DNA from: an uncultured Chthonomonadaceae bacterium
GTDB taxonomy: Bacteria > Armatimonadota > Chthonomonadetes > Chthonomonadales > Chthonomonadaceae
Direction of reading: 5' to 3'
Assembly: GCA_963835065.1 (NCBI GenBank)
Contig: CAWIEK010000054.1
Span: 79,062 to 143,061 of the forward strand
Length of the DNA stretch: 64,000 bases
Below the pieces are notes generated by a model, which was given only the letters and a program-made list of their open reading frames with translations, was not told where the DNA came from and searched no databases. Below are positions 10,818 to 19,631 of the stretch, piece after piece. Position numbers and translations under genes: made by a program. Each line of letters opens with the position of its first letter. Within the stretch, counting starts at the first letter, position 1.

Positions 10818-11813
10818 CTAATCAAACAAACTCGTAATAGACAAATCATTGCTGGCGCGGTGGATGGCTTCGCCGAAGAGGGACGCGACGGAAAGAACCT
10901 TTATTTTGGGGTGGTACTTTTCGGGCGGCAGGGGAACGCTGTCCGTAATGACCACTTCGGCCACTTCGGGGCGGGAACAGATGCGCTCCACCGCGTTGCG
11001 GGCTAAAATGCCGTGCGTGGCGGCAATGTAGATTTCGGGGCGGCAGCCGTGCGCGAGGAGGGCGTCTACCGCCTGAATGATGCTGCCGCCCGTCGTAATC
11101 ATGTCCTCGATGATAATGGGAATTTTGCCCCGCACGTCGCCGGCCAGGTGCGTCACTTCCGAAACCATGTGGCCGGGATGGTGCTTGTAGCCGACGGCAA
11201 GCGGCGCTTTCAGCGTCTGCACCACTTTGCGCACCTTCTTCACGCGCCCCTCGTCCGGGGAAACAACCACGATGTTGTCCATGCCGGTATCCCATTTGGA
11301 GCCGAAATAATCTATAAACAGCCCGACGGCTTCCAGATGGTCTACGGGAATGTTGAAAAAGCCTTCGATGGTATCGGCGTGTAAATCCAGGCACATTACG
11401 CGGTGCGCGCCTGCGGCTTCAATCAGGTCGGCAACCAGTTTGGCGGTAATGGGTTCGCGGGGCAGTGCCTTTTTTTCCTGCCGCGCGTAGCCGTAGTAGG
11501 GGATGACCGGGGTAATGCGCCAGGTGCTGGCGCGGCGCAGGGCGTCAATGGCGGACAGCAGCACGATCAAGTTGGTGTCTACGGGCGGGCAGGTCGGCTG
11601 AATGATATAGGCGTCGGTGCCTCTCACGCTTTCATCGAAGCGCACATAGTTTTCGCCGTCGGCAAACTGGCTGTAGTGCATCTTCCCAAGCGGCAGGCCA
11701 AGCCACTCCGCTACGGACTGCGCCAGGGCGGGGTTGCCCGGCCCGGCAAAAATCTTCACTTCACTGTTTCCGCCCGGTTGGTTCTGGTTCAACGCGCGTC
11801 CCTTCTTCTCCAT
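10818..11813 (-). CDS. prs: Ribose-phosphate pyrophosphokinase
   Basis: FADGE, PYYGYARQEKK, DLHA, VVSPDEG, EDMITTGGS. Confidence 0.95.
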   Translation of the reverse strand: MEKKGRALNQNQPGGNSEVKIFAGPGNPALAQSVAEWLGLPLGKMHYSQFADGENYVRFDESVRGTDAYIIQPTCPPVDTNLIVLLSAIDALRRASTWRITPVIPYYGYARQEKKALPREPITAKLVADLIEAAGAHRVMCLDLHADTIEGFFNIPVDHLEAVGLFIDYFGSKWDTGMDNIVVVSPDEGRVKKVRKVVQTLKAPLAVGYKHHPGHMVSEVTHLAGDVRGKIPIIIEDMITTGGSIIQAVDALLAHGCRPEIYIAATHGILARNAVERICSRPEVAEVVITDSVPLPPEKYHPKIKVLSVASLFGEAIHRASNDLSITSLFD

Positions 11814-12126
11814 GCTTGCAGGAACACGCGCGTCAGCGTGGACGGCAACAGTTTGTTCCTTTGTAATTTTCTCTACACTAAAGTATAGCCTAAAAGTATA
11901 GCCTATCGGGTTTCAGCGTGTCAACGACAGCATGCTTGGTGACTGATGGCTGGTAGTTGGTGGCTGGTGATTGGAAATAATACTTACAGCCTCTTGTCAG
12001 AACCTGTGCATTATGTTAGAATACTCCTACCCTACAGCGAATTGTATTCGCTTCGGCGTAGATTTGGTTTTCGATTGATTCAGTTGTGGTCGGTGTGCTT
12101 TTGTTTTCGCGAAAGGACGTGTACCC

Positions 12127-12813
12127 ATGACGTGCCCCCATTGTGGTTTTCTGATGTCGCCGCTCGATAGTGACTGCGCCCGTTGCCGTCATCGCGGCTA
12201 TGTGCCGCCTCCTCCGCCTTCCGCCCCAATCCCCAACGCCCAACACCCAACACCCGCTTATGCCCAAACACCTAATCCCCAATACCCAACCACGCAGCCC
12301 TCCCTGCATACCCTGACGGTTGTGGCGTGTTTGATGAGCATGGTGGCGTTCGCGAGTCTGGCGATGTTCGGCCTGATGCTGCGTGAACGGCGCATGGTTC
12401 GGCAGGAAGCGCAAATCGCTGCCCGGCAGGAAGCGGAAATCGCCGCCCTGCGCCGGCAATATGTCGTAGCGCCGGAAGCGCAATTCAACGCGCCCGCTCA
12501 GGTTCTGACGCCACAGCCGCAAATCATCCATGTTGAGGTAAATTCTCCCGCCTACCCGGTTTACGTTCCAACGCCTGTGTACCCGGTGTACGATCCCTTC
12601 GCTGAACATAGACGCCTGCACAATGAATTGCTGTACCAACAGCAGCAGATGTTCCGGCAGCAAAACGAGGACATGATGCGCCTTCACGCGGCCAATGTGG
12701 AGCGCATGAACGCCGACATGCAGCGTATGCGAGACCGGATGCAGGATGCGCGCCAGCAAACGCAAAGCGTCCGCGACCTTCACGACCCCTTCAACCCCTT
12801 CGGGCGTTTCTGA
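12127..12813 (+). CDS. Hypothetical membrane-anchored protein with N-terminal Zn-ribbon
   Basis: CPHC..CARC, Pro-rich linker containing CCCAAYM-like repeats, one TM helix, Q/M-rich coiled tail. Confidence 0.6.
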   Translation: MTCPHCGFLMSPLDSDCARCRHRGYVPPPPPSAPIPNAQHPTPAYAQTPNPQYPTTQPSLHTLTVVACLMSMVAFASLAMFGLMLRERRMVRQEAQIAARQEAEIAALRRQYVVAPEAQFNAPAQVLTPQPQIIHVEVNSPAYPVYVPTPVYPVYDPFAEHRRLHNELLYQQQQMFRQQNEDMMRLHAANVERMNADMQRMRDRMQDARQQTQSVRDLHDPFNPFGRF

Positions 12814-12857
12814 ACCGCCGTCCTCCTTCTGCTTTGCAATTTATGCGACACAACAGC

Positions 12858-12902
12858 AGCCCGCGTCCTTCCCACCAGCAAGGGAACGACGCGGGCTGTT
12901 TT
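12858..12902 (+). terminator. Intrinsic terminator
   Basis: CAGCCCGCGTC...GACGCGGGCTG stem followed by TTTT, between convergent genes. Confidence 0.6.
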
Positions 12903-12984
12903 GCGGCAAGTTCCAATTGGCCCTCAACCCCTGCCCCCTTCTCTCCAAAAACATGAGCAAAGGGGAGCGTGCCGGGGCAGGCTC

Positions 12985-13749
12985 TTAGAACAACTCATGG
13001 CTGCCGGTAAAGGTCCCGGAGAACTTCACGGAGTACAGGATCGTGGCCTTGTTGGACAGCCAATCCAGGTCGGTGTTGGCGCCACCCTGCGCGCCGTCGC
13101 TTTTGCACCAGATAACCAGTGTCCCACTGATGCTCACGCCATTCTTGGCAAGGGTCATCGTCAGGTCGGCATTGTTGTTACCGGACAGCCCTACCATGCG
13201 GTAAAACGGATTGAAGCCGGTGATTGCCGTGGAACTGGTGATGCCGGTGAAGAAATTCGAGTTCAGCACCGCGTCAACGTTTGGATTGGCTTTCGCGTAA
13301 ATGACCGTTCCCTGCGTGGTATTCTTCGTCCAGACCGAAGCCAGATCGCTGGTGTAATAGCCATAAAAGGCTGTGTTGCTGGCAAAGGACGCGGTTCCCG
13401 AAGTCGCCTGCCCCGCCTGCGCTCCGTAATTATCCAGGCCGCCGCCAATGTTGAGCGCGAGGTCCGTAGCGTTCGTGCCCCGCGCGTTCAAGCGCGCAGC
13501 CAGATACAGTTTGCCGGTGCGAGCGGGCAGCGTTTTGGTTTCAATCAGTTTGTAGTTGCCGTCGTAGCGCTGATAATAGCCACTGGTGGTGATGTTGATG
13601 ACATAGCGCGTATGCGTCTGCTGCGCCTGTGCGCAGGCGGCGCTGCACAGGGCCAACAATGTCAGCATTGCGGCCAGCGCGCGGGTTTGCAGGGCATGGC
13701 TGCGAAGGGAAGCCATGTGGGTCAGAAGGGAAGCGAATCGGGTGTTCAT
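12985..13749 (-). CDS. Secreted hypothetical protein
   Basis: Signal-peptide-like segment ending ACA-QAQ; T/N/G-rich beta-type sequence; GAGAGG RBS. Confidence 0.65.
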   Translation of the reverse strand: MNTRFASLLTHMASLRSHALQTRALAAMLTLLALCSAACAQAQQTHTRYVINITTSGYYQRYDGNYKLIETKTLPARTGKLYLAARLNARGTNATDLALNIGGGLDNYGAQAGQATSGTASFASNTAFYGYYTSDLASVWTKNTTQGTVIYAKANPNVDAVLNSNFFTGITSSTAITGFNPFYRMVGLSGNNNADLTMTLAKNGVSISGTLVIWCKSDGAQGGANTDLDWLSNKATILYSVKFSGTFTGSHELF

Positions 13750-14131
13750 AACGTGTCCTCTCTTTTCTCTTGTCGTCGAAGCGCCGGGGCGAAGAACACA
13801 GCCGCCGCGTAAAACAACGCTGTTGGATAGAAGCGTTGCGCAGGTTTGTGTTGTGTCCAGTATAAGCGAATTCGAGCGGAGAACACGTGAGGAAACACAC
13901 GGCGCAATGTGATTTCGCGCACAATTCAAGCCTATTTTGAAAGACGCGGAAACAGCCCGCAAAGACAGAGGAAAGACAGATTCAGGTAAGCGGCAGAAGC
14001 GCGAATGTGGTACGATAAAGAGGAAATACGTGTGGATTCGTATACCTTTACAACTTGAATTTCAAGTTTATCGTCCTATAAATGTAGAAATTCAGTACAG
14101 TATTCGCGCGTACACAGGAAGTCGAAGTATT

Positions 14132-15178
14132 ATGCAGGAAGTCAGTCTTGCCGGGGTTGAAATTGCAAGGATTGAACCCCGAAACATCATGCCGAATGTT
14201 TCGGCAGGGCAGCCGCTGGAAGGGTTTTGTCAGCAGGTTGGCAGGCAGATGGAAGGGCGGGGCTGGCATATTCTGTCGCCGTCCGCAATGGCCGAGCGGA
14301 TCGCGCAGGAGTTTCGGCAGCGATTTGCCCTGCCCACTCCCCTCCATTCTTCCCTGCTCGACCTGCTGCAAATTCTGGACATTGCGCTCATCCGCCACGA
14401 GGCTGTTGTGGAACCGGTCACGCTGGACTGCGACCCGCAAACAGGGCAATGGCAGCTTCACCTGTCCGCGCAGCCCGACGCCCGCCAAAACATCCGAATT
14501 TTGCAGGGCTTGTTTACGCTCGTCTTCTGGCGGTGCGCGTACCGCGTGTCGTGGTGGAACGATTGGCGGGAACTGCATGGCGTGGAGAATCCCCGGCGCA
14601 TGGCGGATGCGTTCGCGTATGCCGTCGCCATGCCGCCCGACATTTTGCGCCAGCGCGCCCGTGAGTTCGGGTTGAACATTTGGGAAATGGCCGACGCTTT
14701 GGGCGTCACTCCCTCCGGCGCGTTTTACGGCCTGCGCCGCTATGCGCGTTTCCCGTTCCCGTACTTCCTCGCCCGCCTTGATTTCACGCCCGAACTGGAT
14801 CAGCAGCAGTTCTTTTTCGATCCCCGCGCCGTGCGCGCCAAAGTGTGGGCCAAGTTCCTCGCTCGCCCGGAAAATACGCCGGACGATCAGCCCACTACGC
14901 TTGACCCGCTGGCCCGCTTTCCGCGCCAGAACAGCATCGTGGAAGTGAAAAGCTACCCCTACCGCGCCATCAAGTTCCGGCAGCCGCTTATCTGGACCGC
15001 CGACAACCTGCTCGGCTTGCCCCTGCCGCAGCCCACCTGTTTTGTCGCCCGCCCCAATCAGCGCGGAACACAACTGCTGCTCCAGGCCGTTCCCCTCGGC
15101 GCGCACCACTTTTTAATGGATCGCGCCCTCCAACTCCAGCAGGAACAGGCGCGAACCCAACAGAAAAAAGCGGGGTAA
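14132..15178 (+). CDS. ImmA/IrrE-like protein lacking HEXXH
   Basis: ADAFAYAVAMP....LNIWEMADALGVTP resembles the IrrE/ImmA C-terminal pattern; RQNIRILQGLFT at the expected HExxH position. Confidence 0.5.
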   Translation: MQEVSLAGVEIARIEPRNIMPNVSAGQPLEGFCQQVGRQMEGRGWHILSPSAMAERIAQEFRQRFALPTPLHSSLLDLLQILDIALIRHEAVVEPVTLDCDPQTGQWQLHLSAQPDARQNIRILQGLFTLVFWRCAYRVSWWNDWRELHGVENPRRMADAFAYAVAMPPDILRQRAREFGLNIWEMADALGVTPSGAFYGLRRYARFPFPYFLARLDFTPELDQQQFFFDPRAVRAKVWAKFLARPENTPDDQPTTLDPLARFPRQNSIVEVKSYPYRAIKFRQPLIWTADNLLGLPLPQPTCFVARPNQRGTQLLLQAVPLGAHHFLMDRALQLQQEQARTQQKKAG

Positions 15179-15183
15179 ATTTT

Positions 15184-15411
15184 TCACCACAGAGGCACAG
15201 AGACACAGAGGTTTCACAGAGAAATACGAGGGAGAGAAGAAGATAGAAGATATAAGATATTAGCGGGACTGCCTGCAAGCGTGTTGTCTCCTTGAATAAT
15301 CCTGTTTAATCCTTCTAATCCCGTTAATCCTGTCTATTTCTTCTCCTTTTCTCCTTTTTTCTTTTCTTCTTCTCTCTGTGAAACCTCTGTGTCTCTGTGC
15401 CTCTGTGGTGA
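15184..15411. repeat. ACCAC-ended palindromic element copy A
   Basis: ~39-bp perfect terminal inverted repeats TCACCACAGAGGCACAGAGACACAGAGGTTTCACAGAGA; near-identical to 19412-19623. Confidence 0.9.
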
Positions 15412-15415
15412 GGTC

Positions 15416-16717
15416 TCAAATCTCCCCGACTGTGCCGAGTTCCTGCGCGACGTGTTCCAGGCGGACTTCGCGCTGCGCTTTGGTAGCCTGATTTCGGATG
15501 GATACGACGCCGCGCGGCACTTCCTGATCGCCGACCAGAACAGCGTAGCGCGCGCCTAAATCATCGGCGCGCTTGATTTGTTTTTTGAAGTTGCCGCCCT
15601 TGTAGTCCATATCGGACGCGATGCCCGCCTGCCGCAATTGTCCCAACAGTTTGACGGCTGCGGGGCGCGTGATGCTTTCATCCCCAAGCGTAATCAGGAA
15701 GGCAAGGGGCCGCTCGTCCTCAACCGGCAATTCAATGCCAAGCGCTTCCAAAGTGATTAAGCACCGCTCCATGCCAAGCCCGAAGCCGATACCGGGGGTT
15801 GGCGGGCCGCCGCACTCTTCCACCAGTCCATCGTAACGCCCGCCGCCGCCCAATGCGTCCTGCGCGCCGAGATTTTTGCCCTTGATCTCGAACGCCGTTT
15901 TGGTATAATAGTCGAAGCCGCGTACCAATGTCGGGTCAATCACGAACGGCACGTCCAGCGCGGTCAGATAGGTTTGCAGCTTGTCGAAGTGCGCCTGCGA
16001 GTCGGCGTCCAGATAATCGGTCAGTTTGGGCGCGTTTTGCAGCAGGCGCAGGTCGTTGGCGTTTTTGGTATCCAGCATCCGCAGGGGATTCACTTCAAAA
16101 CGGTGCTGGCCTTCCCCGCTCATTTCCGACAAAAACGGGCCGACGAACTCGCGAAGGGCTTGTTTGTAACCGGCGCGGGAATCGGGCGTACCCACGGAAT
16201 TGACGCGCAGTTCCATTTCCGTTATGCCCAATGCGCGATAGAAACGCATGGCAAGCGCAATTACTTCCGCGTCTATGGCCGGGTCTTCCGCCCCGAACGC
16301 TTCCACGCCTAATTGCTGGTGCTGCCGATACCGCCCTTTTTGCCCTCGCTCGTAGCGAAAATTCTGCCCGATGTAGTACATTTTGAGGACGGGGTTGTCC
16401 ACAAGCAGATTTTCCTGGATGCAGGCGCGGGCGACGGGAGCCGTGCCTTCAGGTTTCATGGTCAGGCTGCGGTCGCTGCCTTCGCGTACGAACGTAAACA
16501 TCTCCTTGCTGACAATGTCCGTCGCTTCGCCAACCGCGCGCTTGAACAGGTCGGTAAGTTCCAGAATCGGGGTGCGGATTTCGCGGTAGCCGAACTGTCG
16601 GCATGTATCGCGGAAAACGCCTTCCACATAGCGCCACTTGGCGGTTTGCAGCCACGTTTCTTTCGGTGGCGCAACGGGCAGCACGTCATACGTATCCGGC
16701 GGGCGAGAGTATTTCAT
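15416..16717 (-). CDS. hisS: Histidine--tRNA ligase
   Basis: EIRTP, KEMFTF, PEGTA, FRYERGQKGRYRQ, LVRGFDYY, GGGRYDGL. Confidence 0.97.
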   Translation of the reverse strand: MKYSRPPDTYDVLPVAPPKETWLQTAKWRYVEGVFRDTCRQFGYREIRTPILELTDLFKRAVGEATDIVSKEMFTFVREGSDRSLTMKPEGTAPVARACIQENLLVDNPVLKMYYIGQNFRYERGQKGRYRQHQQLGVEAFGAEDPAIDAEVIALAMRFYRALGITEMELRVNSVGTPDSRAGYKQALREFVGPFLSEMSGEGQHRFEVNPLRMLDTKNANDLRLLQNAPKLTDYLDADSQAHFDKLQTYLTALDVPFVIDPTLVRGFDYYTKTAFEIKGKNLGAQDALGGGGRYDGLVEECGGPPTPGIGFGLGMERCLITLEALGIELPVEDERPLAFLITLGDESITRPAAVKLLGQLRQAGIASDMDYKGGNFKKQIKRADDLGARYAVLVGDQEVPRGVVSIRNQATKAQREVRLEHVAQELGTVGEI

Positions 16718-16833
16718 AATAGAATGTCCTTTGGCAAGATGAGCATTGAACCTGTATTGTACGGCACAATGAAAAGACAAGTCAAATGCTTACGCCGTGT
16801 GCAGCGTATACAGCCATAAGGAAGGCAGGTGGC

Positions 16834-17577
16834 ATGACCACACAAACAGGAAACGAACAAATGGAACGGCCCTGGCGCACGGAATTACTGGTATGCGCGG
16901 CGACGTGGATGGAACTGCGGTCATGGTGGCCGCGTGAAGACAATCGGGCGCGGTTGGCTGAGGGTGAAATGGCGTACAGCGCCGCGCTGACCTTTGCCGT
17001 AACGGGTGTCGGCATCCCCGCGTCGCTGGCGTTTCTCATTCGCTTGCTGCAAGAAGCGCGTCCTGCGCGTATATGGAATATCGGCATCGCGGGCGCGTAC
17101 CCGAACGCCGGTATTAACATTGGCGATATTGTAGTAGGCACATCGGAAGTGTATGGCGACATCGGCTTTGAACTGCCCGCTGAACCCGGCTTTCAATCCA
17201 TCCAAACCTCACCTTTTGCCGGCAAGCTGTACGCGGAACCCCTGCTCCTGCAAGTAGAACCGGAATGGGTCGCCCCCCTAACCAACAGCAACGCGCGCTC
17301 GTATCAGGTGCACGGGGGCAGGGGATGCACAGTCAACCAATGTACAGGTACGCCCGAAACCGGCAACCTGCGCGAACAAATGTTCAATGTCGCGTTTGAA
17401 AGCATGGAAGGCGCGGCGATAGCGCAGGCCGGGCAGATGTTCCACATCCCGGTCAGCGAAATCCGCGCCATCAGCAACATCGCCTCCACCCGCGACATGC
17501 AGCCCGACAACATACGCCTTGCCATCGCCAATCTGCGCGATTATCTGGAACGAATACCCAAAATCCAACACTCATGA
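16834..17577 (+). CDS. mqnB: Futalosine hydrolase
   Basis: TGVG, NIGIAGAY, ESMEGAA, EIRAISN; coupled to mqnD. Confidence 0.85.
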   Translation: MTTQTGNEQMERPWRTELLVCAATWMELRSWWPREDNRARLAEGEMAYSAALTFAVTGVGIPASLAFLIRLLQEARPARIWNIGIAGAYPNAGINIGDIVVGTSEVYGDIGFELPAEPGFQSIQTSPFAGKLYAEPLLLQVEPEWVAPLTNSNARSYQVHGGRGCTVNQCTGTPETGNLREQMFNVAFESMEGAAIAQAGQMFHIPVSEIRAISNIASTRDMQPDNIRLAIANLRDYLERIPKIQHS

Positions 17578-18500
17578 CAACCCTTTCTTTAGGTATTTCT
17601 CCCTGCCCCAACGACGTTTTCATCTTCAGCGGCATCCTGCTGAACCAAATTCCCATGAACAACCTGCGCTTCGACGTAGATTTTCAGGACGTGGAAAACT
17701 TAAATCAGCAGGCGCAGGCGGGCCGTCTGGATGTGGTAAAAATCAGCTACGCCAACTACATTCACTGCCGCAACGAGTATGACCTGCTGCCCTGCGGCGG
17801 CGCGTTAGGCCGGGGCGTCGGGCCGCTGCTGCTCGTTAATGCAGAAGAAAAGGAGAAAAGGAGAAAAGGAGAAAAGGAAACGGAAGAGCAGGGAACAGGG
17901 AACAGGGAACAGGGAACAGAAGAGAATGCCCTATCAACTATCAACTATCAACTATCAACTCCTGCTTCATCCTTCATCCTTCATCCTTCATCCTTTCCCC
18001 TCCTCGTTCCCGGCGTAAATACTACCGCCAATTTTCTGCTGGATTTTTATGCCAATCCGAACGGAACTACGCCGCTGCAAAAGCGGTTTCTGCCGTTCGA
18101 TGCGCTCTATGACGAACTGTGCCGGACGCCGGGGGCGCGGGGCGTGGTGATTCACGAGAAGCGGTTTACGTATGAACAGGACGGCCTGACGCTCATTCAG
18201 GACTTGGGCGCGTATTGGGAACAGCAGACCGGGTATGCCATTCCGCTTGGGGCAATCTGCGTCCGCAAGTCACTCGACCTGGCTGCTCAACTTACCGATA
18301 TAATTCAGCGCAGCCTCGCCTGGGCTTACGCGCATTACGAGCAAGCCTTTGAACTTTGCAAACAATACGCGCAGGATTTAAGCGCGGGCGTGGTCGAATC
18401 CCATATCCGGCTGTACGTCAATTCGTATTCCGAAAACCTGGGCGCGGACGGAGAAGCCGCCGTCCGCTTCTTCCTCGAACAACAAGGCGTCAGGCAGTAG
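17574..18500 (+). CDS. mqnD: 1,4-dihydroxy-6-naphthoate synthase, with ~50-aa repeat-derived insertion
   Basis: SPCPND, DVENLN, GGALGRGVGPLL, VIHEKRFTY, IPLG, HIRLYVN. Confidence 0.92.
   Translation: MTTLSLGISPCPNDVFIFSGILLNQIPMNNLRFDVDFQDVENLNQQAQAGRLDVVKISYANYIHCRNEYDLLPCGGALGRGVGPLLLVNAEEKEKRRKGEKETEEQGTGNREQGTEENALSTINYQLSTPASSFILHPSSFPLLVPGVNTTANFLLDFYANPNGTTPLQKRFLPFDALYDELCRTPGARGVVIHEKRFTYEQDGLTLIQDLGAYWEQQTGYAIPLGAICVRKSLDLAAQLTDIIQRSLAWAYAHYEQAFELCKQYAQDLSAGVVESHIRLYVNSYSENLGADGEAAVRFFLEQQGVRQ
17846..17996. repeat. In-frame four-array cassette inside mqnD
   Basis: GAAAAGGA x~4, GGGAACA x4, TCAACTA x4, TCATCCT x4. Confidence 0.95.
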
Positions 18501-18581
18501 GTGTCAGGTGTCAGGTGTCAGGTGTCAGGTATTGGCTTCTGTCTTCTGCCCTAATACCTGACACCTGACACCTGACACCTA
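18499..18581. repeat. Inverted GGTGTCA arrays
   Basis: Between mqnD and larC. Confidence 0.9.
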
Positions 18582-18600
18582 AACTATGCTGGAGGCTGGT

Positions 18601-19411
18601 ATGCGTATCGCTTATTTTGATTGTTTTAGCGGCGTGAGTGGAGATATGATTTTGGGCGCGCTGCTTCATGCGGGCGTGGACGAGGAGGCTTGGCGGGGTG
18701 AACTTGCCAAGCTCAACGTGCCGGGGTATGAACTGCAAATCGGCATGGTCGTGAAAGAAGGCATTTCGGGCATGGACGTGGACGTGGTTCTGCATGAGCA
18801 GGATCAGGGACACGGGCGGCACATGGCTGACATCGAAGAAATCCTGCACAAAAGCGGCGTGTCGGAAAACATTCGCTGCCGCGCTTTGGGCGCGTTCACC
18901 CGGCTGGCCCACGCCGAAGCCAAAATCCACGCCATGACGCCCGATACCATCCACTTTCACGAAGTGGGCGCGGTGGACGCTATCGTAGACATTGTGGGCG
19001 CGTGTATCGGGCTGGAAATGCTGGGCGTGGAGAAAGTGTACGCTTCGCCCCTGCCGTTCAATCGCGGGCTGGGTGGAGTGCGCGCACGGCACAATGCCGG
19101 TTCCCGCGCCCGCCACAATGGAACTGCTGGTCGGTTTCCCCCTGCGTCCCGATGACCGCCCGAAAGAACTGATTACGCCAACCGGCGCATGTCTCTTATC
19201 GGAATGGGCCGAACGGACGCCCGACGGCGACATTGCTCCGCTTCCCGCTTTCGTGCCCCGCGTCATCGGCTACGGCGCGGGCAAGCGCGACTCGTGGATA
19301 CCCAACTTACTGCGCCTAGTCGTCGGCGACACCTATGAAGAACCGCTCAAAAAGCCCTACGGCACAAAACGCCCTACAACCGTCCGTCCATTAAAAACAA
19401 AACATAAGTAG
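18601..19411 (+). CDS. larC: LarC-family nickel insertion protein (N-terminal part; frameshift at ~19067)
   Basis: YFDCFSGVSGDM, HFHEVGAVDAIVD, CAHGTMPVPAPAT, ELITPTGA, GYGAG..PNLLR. Confidence 0.85.
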
Positions 19412-19623
19412 TTCACCACAGAGGCACAGAGACACAGAGGTTTCACAGAGAAATACGAGGGAGAGAAGAAGATAGAAGATATAAGATATTAGCGGGACGT
19501 GCTCTGTCTTAATCCTGTTTAATCCTAATCCCGTTAATCCTGTCTATTTCTTCTCCTTTTCTCCTTTTCTTCTTTTCTTCTTCTCTCTGTGAAACCTCTG
19601 TGTCTCTGTGCCTCTGTGGTGAA
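19412..19623. repeat. ACCAC-ended palindromic element copy B
   Basis: Same TIRs and internal arrays as 15184-15411; starts right after the larC stop. Confidence 0.9.
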
Positions 19624-19631
19624 TGACTCCG

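Noticed and set aside
11880..11905. AAAGTATAGCCTA direct repeat as an operator upstream of prs
   Set aside because: Single occurrence, no supporting evidence
19060..19075. Programmed frameshift in larC
   Set aside because: The known larC1/larC2 frameshift lies later in the gene; this is one extra G with no slippery site, like other indels here
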